From contig CBFFRQ010000053.1 in assembly GCA_965644315.1 (NCBI GenBank), positions 186,001-250,000 of the forward strand: a DNA stretch of 64,000 nt, read 5' to 3'. The notes under the pieces are model-generated. The model was not told the origin of the DNA. It was given only the letters and a program-made list of their open reading frames with translations, and made no database searches. Below are positions 25,144 to 37,155 of this stretch, piece after piece. The position numbers and the translations under genes are program-made. Numbering within the stretch: position 1 is the first letter of the stretch; each line of letters begins with the position of its first letter. The stretch is from Caecitellus pseudoparvulus. Taxonomy: Eukaryota; Protista; Bigyra: Bicosoecida.

Positions 25144-26532
25144 CTACACGCTGTACAGGCGCCCACCCCCACCCGTCAGAGAGGACGCCCGGTCGTACAC
25201 GCCGTGGTTGCCATCCATGCCTCCTGCCTTGAGCAGGGCGGCCGTGCCTGTGCCGCCTGCCAGGTCAGAGGACACGGAGGGCACGTGGGACAGTTCGCGT
25301 GCGTAGGGTGCACCGAGGAACGTCGTGAGGAACCAGGTGGGTTGCGGGGACCAGGTGGAGGAGAGGGACGCCACGCTGCTCACACTGTCTGCGCGCTGCT
25401 GCGGCGTCATCTTCACTTGCGTCTCCCCGAAACGATACAGAGCGAGGCCCACCACCGTGAGGCCGAGAGACAGCCACAGCCACAGGGAGACGGGCTCTGT
25501 GTACGGCCCCATGATGGCTCGCGCACCGAAGATGGCGTCGGCGAGGAAAGGCGCCACGGCTGCTAGAATGATGCCGTAGGCGCCTGATTTTTTGACGCTG
25601 ACGTAGAACGACGTCGTGATCTGGGTGGCGGTGATGAGGCCCAGGCACAGGACGAGCCACCAGACGAGGCGGCAGTCCTCTCCCGGCCCGCCGCCCGTCC
25701 CGTTGAAGATGCACGTGCCCGCTGAAGCGAAGTTGTGCTGCATGTCGCTGAAGCGCGGCATGCCGACGGGGCCGTAAATCGTGGGGATGAACAGGAAGTG
25801 CCACGGCAGCTGCCCGCCAGCGTAGAAGAGCACGTTGTACAGGATGTCTGGGCGCTCGCCGGACCGGATGTGCCACGTCGGGCGGGGCCTGAACCACGCC
25901 TCCTTCATGATGCCCAGCGCTGGCGTGATGGCCATGGCCAGGATCATCACCAGCGCCGCGCCGATGTTCGTGCTGCCCCCCGCCGACAGCGCCCCGCCAG
26001 TGAACAGGCCCACCAAGATGCCAGCCAGGCACACTGCCACACCCGCCATCTGCATGATGCTGACTGTGGACCCCAGCAGCAGCCAGTCGAACAGCGGCGC
26101 AAACACCAGCGGCGAGGAGCCGATGATGGTCTGCACAGGCCCGGCGATGAACTTGCTGGTCGCAAACACGCCCGCGGCATTCAGCGTCAGCAGGCAGGAC
26201 ATGATCCACAGCGCAGGGTGTTTCCAAGGAGCCTCGTCCAGGCTGTCGGCCGCCTTGATGAGGCCGGGAGCCGTGGGCACCGCATCCTCGCCATTGGCCT
26301 GACCTGACCGGTTCCCCGCAGCACCCTGCCACAGCTTGCGCCCCGCCAACGCCAGCGAGATGCCAACGACTTGCAAGGCAAACATGCAAGGGAGAAACAC
26401 TGCAATGTGGTCCCCGAATGTCTCCCCGATGAGTCGAATGAACAGCAGCATAAGCCCGGTGCTGAGCACGAAGGCCAGCGCCCCCACCTCCTCCAGGATC
26501 GACACCGACTGCAGCAAGTCAGACAGCCCCAT
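25144..26532 (-). CDS. Drug/metabolite transporter, CRT-like (CLT) family; single coding exon
   Basis: About 10 TM helices, 'IAGPVQTII', 'IMKEAWF', and the Cys-containing loop 'FASAGTCIFNGTGGGPGEDC' typical of CRT-like proteins. Probable 5'-UTR intron 26745-26539 (AAG|GTAAGG…TGCAG). Confidence 0.68.
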   Translation of the reverse strand: MGLSDLLQSVSILEEVGALAFVLSTGLMLLFIRLIGETFGDHIAVFLPCMFALQVVGISLALAGRKLWQGAAGNRSGQANGEDAVPTAPGLIKAADSLDEAPWKHPALWIMSCLLTLNAAGVFATSKFIAGPVQTIIGSSPLVFAPLFDWLLLGSTVSIMQMAGVAVCLAGILVGLFTGGALSAGGSTNIGAALVMILAMAITPALGIMKEAWFRPRPTWHIRSGERPDILYNVLFYAGGQLPWHFLFIPTIYGPVGMPRFSDMQHNFASAGTCIFNGTGGGPGEDCRLVWWLVLCLGLITATQITTSFYVSVKKSGAYGIILAAVAPFLADAIFGARAIMGPYTEPVSLWLWLSLGLTVVGLALYRFGETQVKMTPQQRADSVSSVASLSSTWSPQPTWFLTTFLGAPYARELSHVPSVSSDLAGGTGTAALLKAGGMDGNHGVYDRASSLTGGGGRLYSV

Positions 26533-27178
26533 GGTTTCCTGCACGAGGTGAGAGGAGAGGGTGGTGCTCTGGCTCGACTGGGCAGATGTGTGGGGTTCTC
26601 GTGCGGCGGGAGCGCGTGGGACGTGGGAGCTGCCCGATTCGCTGGGGTCTGTCGGCCACCTTGACCTTGGTCCAGCGGCGCACACACAGCAGCAAAGCAA
26701 CCGCTCCGAGCGAGCCTCATAAAAAATGTGTGCCCTATGCCTTACCTTTACGATGTTGGTGAAGGGGGGTGTCTTATTCACGGATACCGCAAAAGAGCTG
26801 TGGCCGATGGTGCCAGGGACGGAGTTCCTTGCGGCGCACAGATTCCGCACTGGCCAACACCCACGCCCCTTGAATGCACAGTCAAGCTAGTATTCGAAGG
26901 CTGCACGGCAGCTCGAGGTCAATTAAAGCTCCATACTCCAGCTCTAGTCGAGAATGCCTTTAGTTGAAAAGTGTTGGCCAGTGCCGCATTGAATCGGCAA
27001 GCGGCCCAGGCGGCCTGGCGCTCGAGCATGCTGCAACCCAGCCCCAGCTCCGCAGTCCCTGCTCCCGCGGTTGCGGGAAAACGGGTGGACATGCAGTGCT
27101 GACACAACTATTGGCATTGCCTACTCTCTCTACGGCGCCAACCACGCCAACATGCCATGGGCGCCCAGCCTCTGCAAG

Positions 27179-30020
27179 TCAGAGCGTAGGCGCAACAAGT
27201 GCTGCAGCGTACGTTCCGGCAGGTGGAGCCGGCGCGGCCGCGGGGATGGGCGAGGCCTGAAGTGCGTCTGCCCTTCCCCTGGCATTCTGTTCTTGCCCGC
27301 GCTGCCTGCCCCCCCCTTGCGCCTTGCCACGCTGTGGGCCTTGCTCCGGCTTTTGAGACCGCGCAGCAGGACCGGCCTGCCCATCAGCCTGCAGCTGCTT
27401 GAGCTCCTCCGGCGAAGGCTGCGTGTATGGTCGCCCAATGTCTTGCTTCTTGAAGCACAGAGTTTGGTTTTCAGAGGGCCACTTGGACCAGCGCTGGGCA
27501 GCAATGGCCCTGGTCTTGGCAGGGTGCAGGCGCTGCCACTGCCGGCTGCCCCAGCGTTCATCCACCTTCAAGGTCATGTCCACGAGGGTAAAGGTGTACA
27601 AGGCCATGAAGTGCACTTGCTCTGGCATCAGTGGCCGGCGGTGCCAATCAGAGACTTGTACAGTGCGGTCCATGGGCGCGGTGTAGAACATGTCTGCGAC
27701 TTCGGCGAGAGACGGCCACGCGCCAGGCCCCAGCGCGGCCCCTCGAAGGGATGAAAGGACGGCAGCCGAAAGGTCCACGACACCGCCAGGCATTCCAGCA
27801 CATGACAGAGCTGTCACTTGAGGCAGGGACGCCGCCCAGTGGGCGAACTCCCGCCTCACATTGAACGTCAACATACGGGGACAAGTGGCAGTGCGCTGCT
27901 TGACGTGGCGCTGCTTCAGCTCACCGCGTTGCTTGGCAGGCCCTTCTTGCAGGGCTTGGAGCACGTGCTTGCCGTTACCTTGGGAGGTGGTGGGCAGGTG
28001 CCACATGGGAGACGCGAGGGGTGTGCGCGTTGGCGTCCAGACTGTGTCACCCCAAGTCAGCGGGCTTGCCAGTGTGGCTGGGCTGTGCAGAGAGGTAGGT
28101 GACTCTGCAATTGGAGACGTGCCGCAGTCAGCAGCAGGGACGACGAAAGATTCACTTTCTGCTGCCAGGCACGTGTCAGACGGGGCGCCCAACTCCGGCT
28201 GTGTGAACGATTCGGCGCTAACCCCGACCACATCCTCCAATCCCTGCCCACTCTGCTCGGAATCGACGGGCTGAGCTGTGCTGGCCTGTCTCGCCGCATG
28301 TCTGGACAAACTGCAAGGCTGGCTGGGGTTGAATATGGCCCCCAAGGCTTCGTTCAGGTCCTGGTCACCTACTACGCCACTCAGCAACACGATGTCCAGC
28401 AGGAACACATGAGTTGGGGTGGCCAATGCCAGGCAGCAAATCTGAACAGGCGACGTCCTGCAGACATTGAGCAAGCCTCCGTGTGCAGACGTGTGATGCC
28501 GCATGCCGGCTACGCGTGGCAGCCCAGGCGGTTGCTGCAGCGGCAGTGTTGCAGCAGGTGCCGGCGGGTCACTACTCTGCTCACGTGGAGGTGGCGGGGG
28601 TGTTCCCCAGGCTCCAGGTACACGGGCCTGGCTCGGACGTTGCTGTGCAGCTGGGACGTTTGGGACCCAGAAGCTTTGGAAGGCAATGTACTTTGATCGT
28701 GTCAGCGCCGGGTGCCTGTGCAGGGCCAGCAGCTCGCCAGCAGTGCACACGACGCGAACTTTGACCCGCGCAGGCAACTTCAACGCTTGAGAGGGGGCAC
28801 GGGGCGTAGTCGCAGCACTTTGAGCCACTTCCACAGGTGACAGAAGGCGGACACCTGGCAGGGGGACACCAAGCAGCGTGCAGTACTTTCGCACTCGGCG
28901 GCTGCCGGCTCCGTGGCTCTGCAGCAGCCCGCTGCAGAGCTCAACCGCAAGGCCGGGGTGAGCCCGTATGAAGCCATCAATCAGCGAGTCATGTACAAAG
29001 GGCTTGGAGCAGAGCCACTTCAAGTGGCTGAACACCCTGGAAGCCGCCAGGCCTTCAAAGGCGGCGAGTGGCAGGTTGAAAGAGTGCACCAGCTTCAGGG
29101 CCGCCTTCGTCTCGCCCAAGCCCGCAACAAGGTTCACAAGGAAGCCTTGGAGGCTGGCGTCCTTGCTCTGGGCCGCTAGTTTGATGGCCAGAGGGCGCTT
29201 GCCGCTGTTCACAACCTGTGCGAGGACGTGAAACAGGTTCAACCCGGTGGGGCATGCAGCCAGGTCTGTGTTGAGCAGGATGCTTGCGACGGCAGTGCTG
29301 CCATGGGGCTTGGCGACGACCTTGTGCAGGCGGGCAATCAAGGCGCCCTGCACTGAGGGCACACTGACCCACCCCGAAATGTGCGCAGCCTTGGAAGCCA
29401 GCACCTCAAACAGCCGAGTGAGCAGCCGCGGGGTCAGGGCCCACACAGCTTGGCAGAGTGCCTGAGCTTGGGCTGCTGACAGAGTCGTGCTGGGGTCTGA
29501 AGAAAACATGGGCACCCCTCGCATCGCGTCCAAGAACGCCAGGCACGCCACAAAGCAGCCGGAGGGGGGGGCACCCGCTGCGTTTCGGGCACGTTTTGCC
29601 TCAAAAGCGGCATCCTGAAGCCAGCCCAAGGCCATCAAGCACGCAGCAAGCGCATCACTCTGCACATGAAGAGGCACAGCGGAATGCACAGCATCGTGGT
29701 CATGCTGCACCTGTGCGCACAGCACACACCAGGGGAACGTTCAGATCTGCAACCAATTTCGACGCTGCAGCCCGGCGACTCGCGCTGGTGCTGCCAGGGG
29801 CAAAGCAGCCTTCTGAGAACGAAACCACCATCCTCATCCAGGAGGTTTGCACGCCATCCACAGCAGGGATAGGCTTCGTCGTTGCCTGCGTAGCGCCGGG
29901 CAGCTTCCTGACCCCATCGCCAGACACCACCTGCGCCTCAGGTAGCTGCTGCTCCTGCAGCGCCCCGACGCTGGCTGGCTGGGCGGCCATCAAGTCGCGA
30001 GCGGGGGGGGCACTGAGCAT
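27179..30020 (-). CDS. EXD3/Mut-7/Nibbler-like DEDDy 3'-5' exonuclease family protein with substituted catalytic residues; 5' structure uncertain
   Basis: Helical N-terminal region, then 'LALATPTHVFLLD', 'SLAEVADMFYTAPMDRTVQVSDWHRRPLMPEQV'. The 5' exon (ORF 30020-29730) needs a splice or frameshift near 29711. Confidence 0.72.
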
Positions 30021-30095
30021 GAAAGGTGCGATGCAAGCATGCGGGGAGCCACAGCGTGCATGTGAATTGTGTCGTGAACTCCTTCCTGTGCCGGT

Positions 30096-31328
30096 TTACT
30101 CATCCTGAAAATCCTCATCGTCGCTGTCGTCAAAGGCGGAGGACTGTGAGGACGGTGATGCCTCCTCTGAGTCGCCACTGTCAGAGTCGGACCCCGCCTC
30201 CGAGCGCTCCTCGCTTCCCTGGTGCGCAGGCTTGGCCCGTGCACTGCCGCGTCGGGGGGCAGCCCGCCGCTTGGGAGGAGGCCGCCCGTCCCCAGACTCA
30301 GTCGCATCACTGTCCTGGCTCGCCTGGTCCGACGACGAGTGCACCACCACCGCCACCCCATCAGAGCTGTCTTCCGAGTCGGATATGCCGCCTGGTGCAG
30401 GGGAGCTCGCAGGCAGGCGCTGGCGCTTGACACCGCCGACAGCGCCCGGCGCCGGCGCCAGCAGCGAGGCTCGAGACACCACCACCTCCTCCACCTCACT
30501 GTCGGGGACACTGGCGTCGTCGCCGCTGTCACTGTCGCTGCCCCCTCCCGCCTCCTCTGCCAAGTCCTCTTCAGCTAGACTCGTGACGACGGCGGCGGCG
30601 CGGCGTCGGCGGCCGCCACGTGCGCTGCTCGCGCTGGAAACCTGGCTGTCTTGGGTGGCAGTGGGGATTTCTTGGGAAGACGCTGTTGCCCTGCGGCGCG
30701 GGCGCCCGCACCCGGCAGAAAATGTGGACAGGGGAAGCGCGTCTTGGATCAGCTCAGGCGGCAGGGTGGCTGCGCCGTCCTTGCCCTGCCAGACAGCGCT
30801 GGAGAAGACCACCACCGCGTTGAAGACGTCTTCGCAGACAATGCCCGCCTTGGAGCACTGAAGGGTCATGAAGCGGGCTGTGGCAGGCTTCACCACGGCG
30901 CCTTGCAGGAGGATGTCACCCTGTGCAGCCAAGCTCCAGGTCGTGCGCCGCGGAATTTGAACGCAGCCACACCACAGCGCTCACCTGGGGAAAGTGCAGC
31001 GTCATGGTCGGGGTGCCAGTGTTCATCCCCGATATCTTGCCGATGGTCCCGCCTTTCACGCTGGCCAGGGAGCCCGGCAAGGAAAAAAGGAACTTGGCTT
31101 TGCGAGTCGTGCCTTTGCGCTGGATGTCTTGCCCAGACACTGCTTTGAGCCCTGCGCAAGCGTCGTGCCGCGTGGCTGTGCGACCCGTCGCTCGAGTTGG
31201 GCGCCCACTGCATGGCACGCACCGGCTCCAGGCTGCAGCTGGGGGAACTCCTCCGCCTTGGTGGCCGCGATGCTGCCCCCAGCTGCCAACGCAGCGTCGT
31301 ACACGGCACGTGCCTCCACCCTTGCCAT
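30096..31328 (-). CDS. RHL1: RHL1-like DNA-binding accessory subunit of DNA topoisomerase VI; 3 exons
   Basis: The spliced product 'GQDIQRKGTTRKAKFLFSLPGSLA…GGTIGKISGMNTGTPTMTLHFPQ|GDILLQGAVVKPATARFMTLQ…IVCEDVFNAVVVFSSAVW.G' matches the plant RHL1 domain pattern; acidic/basic tail. Introns ~31222-31152 and ~30984-30921. Confidence 0.82.
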
Positions 31329-31518
31329 TCGCAGATTGCCGAGCCCGAGAGCACACACAAAGAAGACGACAACTCATACATTGCTGGTGGCACCACTTCG
31401 AACTTGGGCGATTGGAGTTGTTTTGGGCTGCCGCTGCAGCTGCACAGCAGCTTGCGCGCCGCTTGCGGCGCTGCAATTACAATGGGACACGGTGTGTCTG
31501 CGTGCGGCTTGCCCCGCT

Positions 31519-32313
31519 TCAATCCTCATCCACGCCTTCCAGCAAGTCCCGGGGGTTGACTTCTCCCGAGATCTCATAGTATTCGTCAAAGTGGTCCACG
31601 ATGCCCAGCGCCAGGGCCAGGGAGCCGGTGTGGAAGTCCTCCGCACCGCCCAGCCCCTCGAAGCCCGTGATGCGCTTGGAGTGGTCCGCGACGCCCTCCT
31701 TGAAACGCACGAGGGTGGGCAGCGTGCGCACCTTGAGCTTGCCCACGAAGAAGGGCGCCTTCTCGGCGTTGAGTTTGATGAACTTGACGCCCAGGAAGCG
31801 GGGCGCCAGGCGGGCCAGGTGCTTGTCCATGACCTTGCACTTCTCGAAGTCGGTGTGGTAGAAGTGGCACACGACGTGCTTGCTGCCCGTGACTTCCTTC
31901 AGGAAGTCCTCCTCTGTGATTTCCGTGTACTTGCCGTGCCCGGCTGCCTTGGCCGCCTGTGCATCGGCAGCCTTTTTCTTCATGGCTGCCAGGCGACGCT
32001 CACGGATGGCTCGCAGCTCGGGGTCGTCATCGCCGTCCACGTCTGCCTCGTCCTCCACCTCCCGGGCATCTTCTGTGCCTTCTGTCAGCTCAGCAGCTGT
32101 GCTGCCTGCTGCGGCAGCTGCCGGCATCGCGGCGCGTTTCTTGGCCTCCTCAGCGGCAGCCTCCTCGTCTTCCTTGATCTTGGCGTACTTCACGCGGAGA
32201 TCTTCGATGGCTCCCTCCAGGCGGCGCTGGGCTTCTCCTGCAGTAGCATCCATGATGTCAGTTGCCTCTGACATGCGCTTGGAGATGCCTCTGGCGCTGG
32301 TGTCCAAAGCCAT
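31519..32313 (-). CDS. TXNDC9: Phosducin-like thioredoxin-fold protein (TXNDC9/PLP1)
   Basis: 'L..IRERRLAAMK…GHGKYTEI.EEDFL..V..S..VVCHFY…C..MDKHL..LA……KFIKLNAEKAPF.V.KL.VRTLP…GFEGLGG..DF'. Confidence 0.9.
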   Translation of the reverse strand: MALDTSARGISKRMSEATDIMDATAGEAQRRLEGAIEDLRVKYAKIKEDEEAAAEEAKKRAAMPAAAAAGSTAAELTEGTEDAREVEDEADVDGDDDPELRAIRERRLAAMKKKAADAQAAKAAGHGKYTEITEEDFLKEVTGSKHVVCHFYHTDFEKCKVMDKHLARLAPRFLGVKFIKLNAEKAPFFVGKLKVRTLPTLVRFKEGVADHSKRITGFEGLGGAEDFHTGSLALALGIVDHFDEYYEISGEVNPRDLLEGVDED

Positions 32314-32517
32314 GGTGGGTAACGGTACGTGCGGAAATCGCCGACAACGCCAGAGCAGCCGCGCCGGAGAACGACGGTGGTCAGGGGGGAGATGGGGGCG
32401 GCACGAGCTTGGGGGGCGATGGTTCAGGCGCGGGTGAAGTGCGGGGTTGTGAAATTTTCCGGGGCGCTGCTGCAGCCTGGCGAGGCAAGACGAGCACTGC
32501 ATTCACAAGCATGTGGC

Positions 32518-34330
32518 CTACACGATGAGGTCCACGAGGGAGGACTGTGCGGCGCCGCTGCCCTCTTCGGGAGCATGGATGGTGCCCCCTGGCGTGTGAG
32601 TGACCAGGGCATCCTCTGCATCCGCCGAAGACAGGCTGTTTGCACGGGCATAGCCGCCCGAGGCCCGTGGCACGGACAAGTACACGTCTGAGGACTGCGC
32701 CAGCATGCGGAATGCCCGCATCTTGGGGGCTGTAATGTAGTGCGCCGTGAACAGCGTCACGACGGCGGCGAAGACGCTGCCACCGACGCAGACGGAGGCG
32801 ATGCCGAGGCCCCCCGCCAGCCACACGGCCAGGCCCATGGGCGCCAGCGTGCAGAGGAGGAGGATGACCACCCCCACCATCATGGCCACCGGGGAGGGCA
32901 CGATGGCGATGCAGTCGTTGGTGAGGGCGAAGGCCAGCAGGGACATCCACGGCGCCGCTGCCGCCAAGATGTACTGCAGGTGTCCCTCGGCGCCGTCCCA
33001 CCCCGTTGGGGCGAGGGCGTTCAGGTTCAGGGCGCAGATGATGACGCCTGCCACGGCGCACGCCGCCAGGAGCCAGCCGGTGATGATGTGCTGGCACCGC
33101 GCCCGCGTCATCTGCTGGGCCTTGGTGTGGAACACGGAGTTGGCGGCCTCCAGCAGTGCCACGCTCGCCTTGTCCAGTGCGGGGCGAGCAGGGTACACCC
33201 ACCCCGCTGGGGACCGAGCAGGCTGCAGGTGCTGGGAGCTGCCACCTTTGGCGTCGGGGTTCACGCCGCTGGGACTGCTGGCCTCCGGAGCACTGCGGCC
33301 GGGCACCTCCAGCTGCGCCCACACTGCCAGGTGGTCACTCATGCTGACTGTGGGGCCATAGGGCAGCTTCACTGGTTCCTGGCCGGTGAAGCCGGAGGCT
33401 GTGATGCGCCAGGCGTGCGGGCCAGGCGCGCTGTGCGCCATGACGTAGTCCAGGCGGGCGTCCACGTCGCACTGGGGTGGCGCGCAACATCCGTAGGGGT
33501 CCTTGGAGGCGAAGGTGTTCTCGGGTGTGCCAAAGGTGCCGTCGCTGATGCGGCGGGCGGCAGGCGGCGGCTGCATGGTGGGCGCCTTGGCCCCGCTGTC
33601 GCTGCCTGCTGCCACTGGCTGCACCTCCGAGTAGGCGTCCCGCAGGCCAGTGAAGGCCTGCAGCAAGCGGAACTCGGTGGAGGTGGGGGGGCAGTTCAAG
33701 TCCCCCATCAGCAGGCACAGGGGTGCCTTGCGGGTGCTCCGGATGAACTGCGCCGCTTCGAACACCTGCGCTGTGCGGTACGGCTTGTACGAGTCGTCTA
33801 CGCCATCCTGGTACTGTGCAATGAGGTGAGTGGAGAAGACATCCACAGCGCCATGCGGCGTCTCCACACGGCACAGCCCGATGCCTTTGCCAGCGTGCCA
33901 GTCCCATCGGTGCAAGTGGAAGGGGGAGCCGTTCACAGTGAACCTGAGTGGGGCAGGAGCGGCAACGTGGGGCTGGGAGCGCGGTGCGGAATTTGCGCCG
34001 CCCTCACCTCCTGAACATGACCTCCAGGATGGGGAAGCGGGAGAAAATCGTGACGCCGCAGCCCGAAGCCAGGTTGGGCAAATCAGCCCCCGCACTGAGG
34101 CGTGCCTGGTACCGCAGTCCAGCCGCGTCAGCGGCCGAGCTGAGGCGCTTGAACGAATCGTCGTGGAAAAGCTCCGACAGGCTGAGGATGTCCAGGTCCC
34201 CTGCTTCCCGCGTCAGGAACTTGGCCAGGGCCTGGATGCGCCCCGATCGGTGCTGGGCAACGATGGGGGCGTCCCAGATGTTGTACGTCATGACGCGCAG
34301 TCGGGCGGCGCCCTTGCCTTCGCCTGCCAT
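32518..34330 (-). CDS. Neutral sphingomyelinase / ISC1-type phospholipase C (SMPD2-like); 2 exons
   Basis: TYNIW, IFSRFPI, DWHAGKGIG, THL, GDLN, RLDY and SDH motifs, with C-terminal TM helices. Intron ~34007-33944. Confidence 0.88.
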
Positions 34331-34497
34331 CCTGACCACTTGGCGCGTGTAGGCGTCGCAGAGCTCGGCGCCACACACCTGCGCCCCGCCTCGTGCGAAG
34401 GGCTATGAGGGGGGCTGATGCTGCTGCAACCTGCACACTGCATTTCCAGCCGTGACGAGGGAGGGGTGCTGGTGCCGACGATAGTGCCCTCGTTACC

Positions 34498-37045
34498 TCA
34501 CTGCCGCCGCCGCTTGGCGGGGCCTTGGCTGGCGCCGTCACCCTCGCCGCCACCCTCGACAGTGGCAGTCGCGTCAGGCGCAGGCGTGCCCCTGGCCTTA
34601 ACATCTTCGTCAATGGCGCGGAACTGCGCCGTCCACCCGACTGGGTACAGGAAGGGGCGGTGGTCGAAGCGGTTGTCGTCGGGGGAGTAGCTCTCAGCGT
34701 GGTAGCTGGGTGTCAACACCGTCATCTTGTGCCGGTTGATGGCGTAGTACCTGAAGAAGCGCTTGACCTTCTCGCCCACCTCCTGTGGTGTCAAGCCCCG
34801 CTGGGGCACCCACTCCACCAGCAGCCGCTGGTACATGGTCAGGGGGCCACAGCGGTGAACCTTGCGCAGGCGCCCAAAGGCGCCCAGCTCAGCATAGCTC
34901 ATGCCCATGTCTTCCTCGTCTGTCTGGGTGTGCTCGCCCTGGCCAGAGGTGGGCCGCAGCTCCGCAGTGGGCGGCGCCGCCACCACCTCCAGCAGGGATG
35001 GGTACGGGTACTCCTTCCCCGCCCAGCCCAGGAACTGCTTGAGGTCACCCTTGGCCACGCCGCCGATGGGGTTGATGTCTGCAGCGCTGCAGTCGTACTT
35101 GGTCATGTACCCACGCAGGGCCTCGTCCACGTTGGCGCTGCCCAGCACCAGCAGGAAGCCAGATCGCCCTCGCACCCACAGCAGCAGCTGCGCCAGCAGG
35201 TACGCCCACACCATGCGCAGACGAGCTTGGATGTTCTGCAGTGCCAGGTCCTCTGCCCAGCTGCCGCCTGCGGAGAGGAAGGCGGGCGTCTTCCCGAACA
35301 GCGCTGCGAACACCGTCAGCATGGCCGCCACCACCGCGTCGATGTTCATATCCACGTGGTACGCGCCTATCTCCTTCGCCAGGGCTGCCGCGCGGCCCCG
35401 TGTGGCTGCGCTGGAGTTTGCCGTGCCCATGTACGTCGTGTGGAAGAGGCGGTGGGCGAGGTCAGCGGGGCTGGACGGCACCCAGCCTCCGTCGTCCAGG
35501 CGAGCCAGGGGCAGGTGCATGCCGCCCCCCGCTGCCGTGAGGGTCATGTGTCGCGGAGGACCCCGCACACACACCGCCCCTGCTGCCGCTGCCGCTGTGG
35601 CGCCTGAGCACCCTGCCTCTGCGACCTCCTTCGGCACGGGCTCCTCCCCCACCACCCGCCGTGCGTCGGCCAGGACTCGGGCATTGCCTGCCATGATGGC
35701 GCGGTACACCTTGTGACACATGATGCCCACAATGGCGGCGGTGGCAGAGCTGTCCGCGCCCCCTGACAGGGGCAGGAAGTAACCGTTGGCGCCGCTGCGG
35801 CGCAGGTAGTCCCACAGCCAGCAGGCGGGGCCGTAGCCGATCTCCTCCTGTGGTGAATGCACGGTCAGAGCCCGGCTGGGCGTGGGCAGGCACAGCTTGT
35901 CACAACGCAGTGTCAGCGGCGCCCGCACGATGGGCAGGCGTCGGGATGCTTGGGACTGGGTGCCGTGGGAGGTGAGGGAGGCACGCAGGGAGCGCACTTC
36001 GTTCAGGTCCACGACGGCCGTCACCACCTCCACGTCGGCAACGGAGAACTGCGTGCCCTGTGCCACCACCTCCCCGTTCACGAAGACACTGGCACAGCCG
36101 TCGAAGTAGACACGGTTGCCGTCGCCGCCTTGCTGGTTGGCGTACAGGTACACCCCCCCCGCCTTGCCTGTCGCGGACTTGATGTTGTCCACGCGGTAGT
36201 GCAGTTTGCGCAGCTGGTGGTGGGAGCCGGAGCCGTTGGAGACGATGTCCACGCCGTTCAGCGCGAAGAGGATGTGGGGCGACTGCACCGTGTACAGCTC
36301 CTCGCACGTCTCCGTGGCCAGGCGGGCGTCCTTCGTCTGCACGATGGCGATGCCGAAGGGTGCCACCTCCTGTCCGCCTGTGGCCTCCACGATGACAGGT
36401 GGCAGCGACACCTCCTCCAGCTCGCAGATACGCTGTGGGGTGGGCGTGCCGAGCGTGTGCTCGCAGTGTGTCGCAAGGTGCGTTCGCCCGCGCCAGCCAG
36501 CGGAGCACTCGTACCTCGTCGCCCCAGGGGGTGAAGTACCTCGTTTCACGGTAGTTTCCATCGTTGGCATTGAACATCTGAGCACGGCACGCACACCGAG
36601 AGAGCGGGGTTTACGCAGCAGAGTTTCGTGAAACGCCGCCCAACACGCCGAGCGGCCATGTGCAAGCTCCACCCCCCCAGCACACCTGGCGGCCCTCACT
36701 CACCTTGGGGCGGATCAGGAGGATTCTGCCATCAAGCACCCACACTCTACAGTTGTACCGGGTGCCACGGTGCAGCACTGGCATGCCGATGTCACACAGA
36801 ATGCCGTGCGTGGTGTCATCCTGCAGCAAGTCTGCCAGGCCATCCCACGAGTGGTGGAAGGTGTCCATTTCAAGGAAGTGGTCCTCGCACATGTACCCAG
36901 GAATCTCCAGCTCGGGGCCCACGCGGTACCGTGCCCCAGCCGCCTTTGCCTCCAGGATGGACTCCCGGATGCGCGCGACATTGCCGTCGAAGTCCAGCGC
37001 CCACTGGTTCAAGTTGCACGTCGCGACAGTGACGTAGTGCGTCAT
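34498..37045 (-). CDS. NADSYN1: Glutamine-dependent NAD+ synthetase; 3 exons
   Basis: [88 protein letters not shown]. Introns ~36703-36578 and ~36514-36433. Confidence 0.96.
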
Positions 37046-37155
37046 GTTTGCCGAGTGTAAACTATGCGGGGGTGGTGGCGGTCCTGTGCGCGTTGCTGCC
37101 ATGTCAACGCGGCTTGTGGGTGAACGGGAGGATGTGTCGTGCGTGCGCAACTGTC

